The notes under the pieces were generated by a model. The model had not been told where the DNA came from. It searched no databases and saw nothing but the letters and a program-made list of their open reading frames with translations. A program made the position numbers and the translations under genes. A stretch of 64,000 nt of DNA. It comes from Lingula anatina (taxonomy: Eukaryota > Animalia > Brachiopoda). The first letter of the stretch is position 1, and every line of letters starts with the position of its first letter. Positions 55,100 through 64,000 of the stretch are shown here, one piece after another. The DNA is taken from contig CM120641.1 in the NCBI GenBank assembly GCA_051362555.1, positions 10,788,001 to 10,852,000 of the forward strand, written 5' to 3'.

Positions 55100-55692
55100 C
55101 GTTTCCTCGCTGCAAATGTGGTCCCAGTCACATGACCATATGACGTAAAGTTGACCTTTATAAACACAGGGACCAGCAAACAATTGTGGAAAATTTTCAC
55201 ACATTGTTCATACAAACGAAAAATTTTACCAAAAAAAGTATTATAAAATATTTTTTAATAAACATGTGTTATATTGTATATATCTGTACTCAGAATTGAG
55301 TTTTAATAAATAACTTTTGCTGTAACCCTGTGAAAGATGCCTGATATATGGAAGAAATACAAGGCTTAAAAACAGCAATTTTACTGACTTCTAAGGACAT
55401 GGAAAGCCCATTTATATCACTCATCGATTTCAGCTTCCCTCTGGTATATTTTTGATCAAATAAAATTGTTTCAGAGCTTATAATTATCGTTTTTAGATAC
55501 TGGATTGAGAGTATTAAATTGATAATGGCGGGCGACCCCCAGCGACGCAAGAGGAAAGTCATGCGATGGGATGTGTTTGCCGCTCTCAGCCATGCACTGC
55601 AACCCTCCACTATTCGCCATATTGGCTGCGTGGTTTGGGAATGCAAAGACTTCGGTGATAGGAGTTTGTTTAGGCCTATTTCTATCAGAAAG
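55100..55692 (+). promoter_or_regulatory. INO80 promoter and probable non-coding first exon
   Basis: CpG-rich; GTCACATGAC E-box and TGACGT CRE-like site near 55127-55146; YY1-like ATAATGGCGG at ~55522; donor AAG|GTAACT at 55693. Confidence 0.55.
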
Positions 55693-56769
55693 GTAACTTT
55701 TTCAAAGAAAGATGGTGGTACACTGTGTTTAGTAGATGTCGGTGGACTTTATGGGTATATTTTGTTGTTTATATGTGGATAAATGTGCAGACTATTGAAT
55801 GCGGAGTAGGTCAAATTCTTTGATGATTTTCTGGGTCGATGGGGAAGATGCCGTCCTTATTTTCGTAACAGAACCAATTTTTCAGTTATTGCGTGTATGT
55901 TTCGCGTTGTTTACAGACAGTTCTTGTGCACGTGGGAGAAAGCCGGTTTAACCCTCTATCCACTGAGTACATGTATGTTTTTAAAATGAAAGCAGGGGAT
56001 CTTGCTATACTACTTGATGTTTCTTTTAAGTTCGTTTCAAGGTCATTTCTATTAGATATTAGAGCTTGTATTGAATATTGTTTATGTTTTACATCTTAAT
56101 CGTGAGACATGCTGAAGTACGTTGAAGTTTAGTGTGTACCCTAGTCTTAATATTCATAACCATACTCATTATATATGGCTAGTGAAGTGGAATTTGGCCC
56201 GTAAAAAGACTGAAATGAAAATGCTTATAAATGCCAGAAACATAGAAATTATATTTATTATGCTACCTAAATTTACATGGTAATTAAAGTAAGGCACCAG
56301 AAATAATATGATTAATTATAATAACAAAATAATGAAATTTCAAGTTTAAAACTTACATTAATTTTTATATTGAGATTGTCACATGTTATGATGGTGAATA
56401 TGTATCATTACAACATATTGTGCAAAGGTATATGCTGTTATCTATAAAAGTTGCAAGGAGTAACCATATTCTTCATATCAGAAGTTTTGTAATTATGTTT
56501 TATTCTATTTATTTGACAAGATCACATATGATGGACAAACTCATTTCAACTTTATTTTATAATCCCCCCCTTAATAATGATGATGATGATTATTATGATT
56601 GTTATGATTATTATTGTTTGAAAACCAGTTTTAATTAGTTGACCTATGTTGCAATGAAAATATTTTCAGAAAATATTTTAAGTAGCTGTTTATTAATAAT
56701 TTTTTATTTGTCTTTGTCCATGATATTATGAGCCACCTGCATGTGTGTTGTGTTTCAGGGCTATTTAGG

Positions 56770-59700
56770 ATGGCTAATGCAACTGTAGACCAGAAGCCAG
56801 TATTACCTGGGACTTCTGGTCAGCCCCAGGATGACCTGGCCAAGCCCCTTCATGTCCAGCATATAGAGAAGTGTTTGGAGTTGGGGCCATTTCTTAGCTA
56901 TGTTGACAAGGTGCTAAGCATTCCAGATTTACCAAGGTAAATAAAGTGACTAGTTTGTTTTTTGCTAGATTTCTTAAGCGTTAAAATTGTCTTTATTTGA
57001 ATAAAATATATTAATATAAATGTTCATTTGCTGATTTACTTCAGCTTTAGCTAAAACCTGCAGTATCATTCTTTAATTTATATTTCAGTGATTCAGATAC
57101 CACAGATACAGATACTGAATTATCTGACGCAGAGGGCATGAAAATAGTTAATGGGGTTGCTACAACAAAGCCAGGTAAATTGTTCTCTTCAGTTTTAAAA
57201 GTACATGGTAAAATTATTTGAAAGAGTGTCATTTAGTTATATTTTAACTTTACCTGATTTATTTATTTATTTATTTTATTTTATTTTTTTAAGAAAAAAG
57301 AAACAATTTAATGAGAAGAATGTAAGGCTTTATTAGATAATATATATTTTGAGTGGAATTTCTTTTGTTTCAGAGAGGAGGGCAGACAAGACCCGGCTCT
57401 ATAACTTCACTAAAGTAAAGAAAAGTAGAAAATGGTTAAAGGTAAAGAGTAAAAATGATAACATTTAATGAATCCATCGATATTTTGTTTTTCTTTGGCA
57501 GCAGCTGACTTAAAATAGCAAATTTTGATAAATACTAATAACCATAATGTTGGGGAAAAAAATGGCAGAGGCATTGTTTATTGCCAATGCCAAAAAATCT
57601 CAGATATGATTAAGGGTTAAAAGAAATAAAGTGATATTAATCAGGTGTTATAAACAGGTTTTAACTGAACTAACTGAAAAAGATTTAAAATTCAGTATGT
57701 ATAATAAAGTTATGCAGTTATCCAATGGGTTTAATTCCTCTCAAACACTGCAGTATGCATCTGTCACTTAGCCAACCTGTCAAATTTCAGAACATCTTGT
57801 TAAGTGATAGTTCGTCTGATGAGGACGATGATGAAATGACTCCTGAAAAAATGCAAGAAATGCTCAGAATACACAAACTACAGAGACAGTGCCAGATACA
57901 GTTTTACAATGACCCACAGGTATGGAATATTATAGAACTTATATATTGACTTGTGTTGTAAAAAATCTTCCTATTTTCTTATCAGGTAGCAGGCATTTAT
58001 GTTCAGGAGCACATTACATTATTTTTTCATAATAATTTTCTATTCCTGAGAGAGGGAGAGGGGGGGGGGGTGGCAATGAAAAGGAAGGCATGTGGACATT
58101 CCATTTGCTGAAGCCAAATTGGAAAATTTTTTTATAGACTATTTTTTGTTTGGAACTTGATAAAGTGATAAACTTGATAAAGTTGAATGCAAGAAAATTG
58201 TTCAGTTTATTATCTTGTTTTTGTTGTACATTTTACATACTGTCCCTGTAATGGGGAGAAAAATAGGAACTAAGTCAATGAATCTCTTTTACCTATTTCC
58301 TAAAAATAGGACATTTTAGTGCAAATCATTCATTATCTGCTATAAAACCTATGTTTGGATAGTATATACTCAAATTTTGGATGTGCTTACATTTTAGTTA
58401 CATCAGTATCAGTATTATAGTGTGGGGTTACTGTCTAACTACGACAAATATCATGACCACCACAAGCAGATTCTTGGGCCTAAAAAGAAGGGACCTAAAG
58501 ATGAACAGAAAAAATTGGAGAAAAAGCTTATGAAAGGTATGTATATTTACTTTACTTTTAAGTTGTGGTTTATTATCATCCAATCAAAATTATGACATTA
58601 CTTTAGAGAATAGATGTTGGACCATATTTTGACAGGCATAAGACAAAACAAAGTTTGTTCAAGATTCTACATACGCGCAATGCATGATTACTAATGGAAG
58701 TATTTAATTTTTGCCTTTGAAGCCAAGCTGAAGAAGCTAAAGAAAGAGAGAGGGTCAGATGAACTTAAGGTAAGTCCCACAAGACACATAGCTAAATTTT
58801 TTGTTGTTGATTTTGAATAAGAAAATGATGATAAGGTTTAAGTTAATAGGTAAATATTTACATTTTTATTATTTTATTCAATTTAGTGCTTTAATAGATA
58901 AAGTAAATGCTTTTTGATTACAGAGCCCTCCTATTCACCACTCCACCCATACTCTGAAGGTGGTCAAGGTGAAGAGACTAACACCAGAGCAAGCATTGGT
59001 GAAGAGAAAAAGAATGTGGATGAGCATAGTGAAGAAAGAAGTTCCTAAGGTATATTGGACATTTTTACAGACACATGGATTCTTCATCTTTTTTTTTTTT
59101 TTTTTTTTTCAATGTATTAATGGTTTTTCTTTTAGAATGATTCAGTCTTTTAGATTAAATTGTTGTCATGATAACAATAGGAAATAAGCATAGTAATGAA
59201 AAGTTGTTCATTTAAGTTTTATCAGATATTTTTGTTCATCCCTTAAAGGAACATTGTATTATTATTAATTGTATTTCAGGCTCAGAAACAAAGGACATCA
59301 ACACGTAAAGAAATGTTTTCAAATGCAAGGAAGGTAATTTACACTTTGTGTATTTGTACTTTTTCCCAAAAGTATTCCCTTGTACCAAATTTATTTTTAT
59401 GATAGTGTGAGTAGTATATAAGCTAAGAAAGGAGAAGTTAACATGAAAATAAAATGGAAATAAAAAAAAATCTGTTAAATGTAATTTCAGCTAGCAAAAG
59501 AATGCATGAAAGAGAGCCGTAGGAAAGCATTGCAGTTCCAGCGTAGCACTAAAGATAGTTTACAGAGAGCACGTCGGCTAACTAGGGAGATGTTAGTCTA
59601 CTGGAAGAGATTTGAAAAAGTGGAGAAAGAGTCTCGTAAAAAGGCAGAAAAAGAAGCCCAAGAACAGAGGAAAATGGATTTGGAATTAATGGAGGTATGG

Positions 59701-62700
59701 TCTTTCTACCCCACCAACATGAAAAGAGAATGGTGTGTTGGAATAAGTTTCAGGATTTGTATGAAGCGTGGTTGCATTGTTTTTAGATTTTTTTTTTTTT
59801 TTTTACTAAAAAAATTTATGGACTTTCCACTCATGGCATATTTTTTTCAATATTGCCAATATTTGCTATTATGTCATTTCCCTTCAGATGATCTTCAGCA
59901 TTATCATATTGTCACTGTTGTTACTCAGTGGTATCAATTACAGAATTAGATTTCTTTTCTATGCTTTTGTTTATATTTATTAAAGGCAAAAAGGCAGCAA
60001 AGGAAGTTGAATTTCTTAATCACCCAGACAGAACTGTATGCCCATTTCATGAGTCGCAAGGTAGCGGGAGGTAATGACACAATGCAGAAAGAGATTTTAC
60101 AGAGATTGGATGATGATGACGGGGACTCCAAGCGCCATCTGGAGGTATCTGGTGGATTGGTTACAGACATGAAGGGAGATAATTACAGTGAGTTTCAGAA
60201 GTTATCAACCTCAGAAATCAAGTAATGTTTTTTATACAATATAAACATACAGTTCCTGTTTATCAAGCTATATTTTGGTTGTTGCAAGCTGGTTACATGT
60301 GTAATGACACTGTCTACCACTATTTATAATGACTTTTATGTCATTTAGGCAGTATTTTCAACATTGTAACTTATACTGTCTTATTGTTTTTTTAGATAGT
60401 GAATCTATGAAAAACATAGCTGTAAAGAATGCTACAGATGCTTTCCAAGCTCACCAGGCAAAAGTAAGAATTTGTTATGTTGATTTATAACTTATCTACA
60501 TGATGACAGTTAAAAGTAGTACATGGAAAGTCTTGGCAAAAATCAAGATTTTGGGTTTTTGACTTAACTCTGATACTAAAGATTTTACCACTCATGAAAA
60601 CATTGGTTTTACATTTTTTGGAATATCATGGAAAAGAGTTTTTAAAAAATGGATCAGTGATCTATAATGTTTTATCATATTTTTTAATCAGTTGCCCCTG
60701 GTAACAGTTTAAGTTATAGTTTCATAAAGCAGCTGAAACTAAGATTGTATTTTTTAAAAGTAAGAAACTTCCACAGAAGTGTCAAGAGAACTGTATGTTT
60801 TGATGAAGAATGTCTTGAGTTTCAATCCATGAAAAAGTGGCAGTAGTAAAAGCAAACTTTTCAATTTCAGACCAAGTCATTTGATAGTGGTGTTGTGATG
60901 AGACAGAAAGCCAAAAAATCATGTAAGTATTTGTGACAGCACATTATGAGGAGTTCCATTGTTTTATTCTTAAAGTGACCCTTTATGAATATTTGGCACT
61001 TGTAGACAAGCTTTTATGCTATGCGTGTGTACAAAGAAGCTTTAAAAAGATAATTATCCATCCTGTTTGTACCTAGAAGTTTTCGCAAATTAGTAAAAAA
61101 ATTTACTTCATATTTCATATATCCAATTACTCGCTTAGATAGTAAATTATACAGGATTTTTTTTACTTGTTTCAGTGGACTCTAGCCTGTCAACACCAGA
61201 CCTCACTATGGAGGAAGAGTTGCCACAGCCTAGTATATTTGAAGGCAAATTGAAGGCTTATCAGTTGAAGGTAATGTGAATGTCCCTGTCTACTTGGCTA
61301 AATTATGTTCTGTATTTTGTTGGCAATATATTTTTTGTCAAGATTGGAAGAGTGTTATGCTAGCAGACAAAAGGTGTGCTTGGTTCTGTTTTATTGTAAG
61401 GTCTATTCTAGGAGGATTATGAGGATTTTTTATTTGCAGAATGTGACCTTCATATATTAAATGGTAACACACAGAAATGCAGTGCTTGGAGGAAAACTAA
61501 CATACCAGAAATCCTTGTGTTGTCACTGAAAATATAGTTCACATGGAGATTAACGTTCTTTTAAAATCATTAGATCAGCAGTTTTAAATGCAGACATTAA
61601 TTGTTGTTCACTGTATCCTGTAGGGCATGAACTGGTTGGCAAGTCTTTACAATAAAGGCATCAATGGTATATTGGCAGATGAGATGGGACTGGGAAAGAC
61701 AGTTCAGAGCATTGCACTTCTCTCTCATTTGGCTGAGGTAAGATGAATATTAGCTGTTGATAAGAAATGAGATACGCAATTTTTGTGTGACATGATGCAG
61801 CAAATTGTATATCTGATTGGGATTTTAGAACTTTTACAACTCTTGTTGTAATATTCTTCATGATATTCCAATATGATCTAAAAGACAAATGATATCAGAG
61901 GCTTTTAAAAGCTTTGAATCAGTAATTTTTGAAGTCATAAATTTTCTTGTCAAAACAACTTTTATTGTTCATGTTGACTTGATAATATTTTATGAAAAAA
62001 GTGCAAATTTTGTGACATCTGTGGATGTTCTTATCATTTTTAGCACCATGGCATTTGGGGGCCCTTCCTTGTGATTGCCCCTGCATCCACCCTACACAAT
62101 TGGCAACAGGAATTCTCCAAGTTTTTGCCAAGATTCAAGGTAATTTCACTGAAGTGCTACAAGAAAGTAAGCCACAGTTATGATCTTCCAAGTATGTGGC
62201 AATTTTTTTCTTGTTCCTATCAATATCTCCTTTTTGTGTGTGGTCACAGTTGGGACAGCACAAAGTGAACATCTGAACAACAGTTACATGAAATTACTGT
62301 CAGTTTAGCCTAAAAGATTCTTGAGTAACAGACCCATCAAACTATAATGCATGTCAACTTCAAGAATGGACAAAAACATATTACTTTTCAAAAGCAACAT
62401 ATTTTTAAAGAATGCATTGTTGCATATGTCATGTTGCAGCTTTATAAGATTGTTCTGAATGTTTTTGAATGTCAGGTTTTCATGAATTCTCATTCAGTGA
62501 TGTTTTTATCCAGGTTGTACCATACTGGGGTAATACACAGGATCGTAAAATCCTTCGTAGCTTCTGGGATCAAGCCCACGCCTATACGGAGCAATCTTCC
62601 TTCCACGTTGTGATCACCAGCTATCAGCTGGTCATCCAGGACATGAAATACTTCCAGAAGATCAAGTGGATCTATATGGTGCTGGACGAGGCCCAGGCAA

Positions 62701-63672
62701 TCAAGAGTAGCAGCAGTATCCGCTGGAAGATGCTGCTTGGATTCAGCTGTAGAAACAGATTGCTACTCACTGGAACACCCATACAGAATAGTATGGCTGA
62801 GGTAAATGGATATGTTTTTTTCTTCAGTATGTCATTTCACTTTTTTTTGCAGTTCACAGTCAGTCTTGTCGGAAATTTGTATGGGGCCCAAGTATTTTTC
62901 TTTTTGTGCTAAATATTCTTTAAATAAATAAATTGGCACATTCAGTGGTTCAGGCAAGAGTTATGGTTTGTCACAAAATGGGTGTTAAAAGCATTACCAT
63001 GAAGTTCATAAATGATTTTCATTTTAAAATAAATCTCAACAAGGATTCAGTGAACATGTCAAAGCCTTTGCTTGAACCTCATATTGACATTTTAGAATCA
63101 GCATTAACCTTTTTTCTTGCTGTAACAGGTAAGTTTTGATAACTGAAAATTATTTACTTAAATTTTATTGATATACTTTTTAAATGCCTTTCCAGCTGTG
63201 GGCTCTTCTGCATTTTATCATGCCTACGCTGTTTGATTCCCATGATGAGTTCAATGAGTGGTTCTCTAAAGACATAGAGGGAAGCGTGGAGAAAATGTCT
63301 GGCATGGATGAAAGTATGTATACTTATGCAAAAGCAACTTTCTTTATCATGTTTGTCACTAAGAGTGCTACCTTTTATCATGTATTCAACACATCTTTAT
63401 TTAAATCCTTTTGATTTAGGTGTTCGATTTAATAAAGTTAGCTCTTTTAATATAACACTTAAAGTGACTAAATCTTCTTTGCTGTGAATTAAAAATTTTT
63501 ATTAAAATAGTGCATCTTATAGTATCCAAATTATCCTGGCAGGAACTGATTTCTTTGTGCTTTAAAGTGATTGTTTTTCCTTCCAGATTGCCTGTCAAGA
63601 CTTCACATGATATTAAAACCCTTTATGTTGAGAAGAGTGAAAAAAGATGTAGAAAATGAGCTCTCTGATAAG
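56770..63672 (+). CDS. INO80: Chromatin-remodelling ATPase INO80, 5' part (about 18 exons; continues beyond the window)
   Basis: [15 protein letters not shown]-terminus, [23 protein letters not shown] region ([22 protein letters not shown]; [19 protein letters not shown]), [71 protein letters not shown]. Confidence 0.97.
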
Positions 63673-64000
63673 GTAGGGTTGGTGTCAGAAAGGCATTAGT
63701 ACGGTAATTGCTACCTCATATTTAAGTTAGATACCAGGTGTCTGTTTTATTTTAAAAGAAGTTAGATTCATTTTACTCCTATTGTAAAATTCATGACTTA
63801 TATATGATAATATATATTGCTATTATTATTGTTGTTGTTGTGGTGATGATGATGATAATTGTACTGTTAGGACATGGTCCATACTTTCAATTTTCACTGT
63901 TAATAGTTAAACCTCACCATTTGTAAACTTAATTGTAACTGAGAAGTCACCCTTGTTATTGTGCTGTCACCCAGTATTAGCCTGGTCAGACAGAAGTTGC

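Noticed and set aside
55519-55782. 87-aa ORF at the INO80 promoter
   Set aside because: Crosses a likely splice donor, has no recognisable homology, and the ATGGCG fits a YY1 site; at most a uORF.
60500-60573. ATGATGA...CTGA pair in an INO80 intron (C/D snoRNA-like)
   Set aside because: No convincing terminal stem or recognisable rRNA/snRNA guide; such boxes are expected by chance in AT-rich DNA.

Overview
AT-rich, intron-rich animal (probably marine invertebrate) genomic DNA; the species cannot be determined from the sequence alone. Seven spliced genes were reconstructed by hand from GT-AG boundaries: sidekick (5' part, minus), an LRRC14/PRAME-like LRR gene (minus) head-to-head with RSAD1 (plus), FAM89-like (minus), a predicted membrane protein joining a DZIP3-type HEPN domain (intact RxxxxH RNase motif) to a non-catalytic peptidoglycan-recognition (PGRP) domain (plus), a NACHT-WD40 (NWD-like) STAND gene with a degenerate Walker A (minus), and the 5' part of INO80 (plus). 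Non-autonomous transposons include a TIR element in sidekick intron 1, two Helentron/DINE-1-like elements, a 3.15 kb foldback element inside the HEPN-PGRP intron, nested Harbinger-like MITEs, Kolobok-like MITEs and a Penelope-type minimal hammerhead remnant. The best candidate for an undescribed system is the HEPN-coiled coil-TM-PGRP receptor, a possible peptidoglycan-activated ribonuclease lying tail-to-tail with the NACHT-WD40 gene. The fusion is inferred from splice-phase compatibility and needs transcript confirmation.
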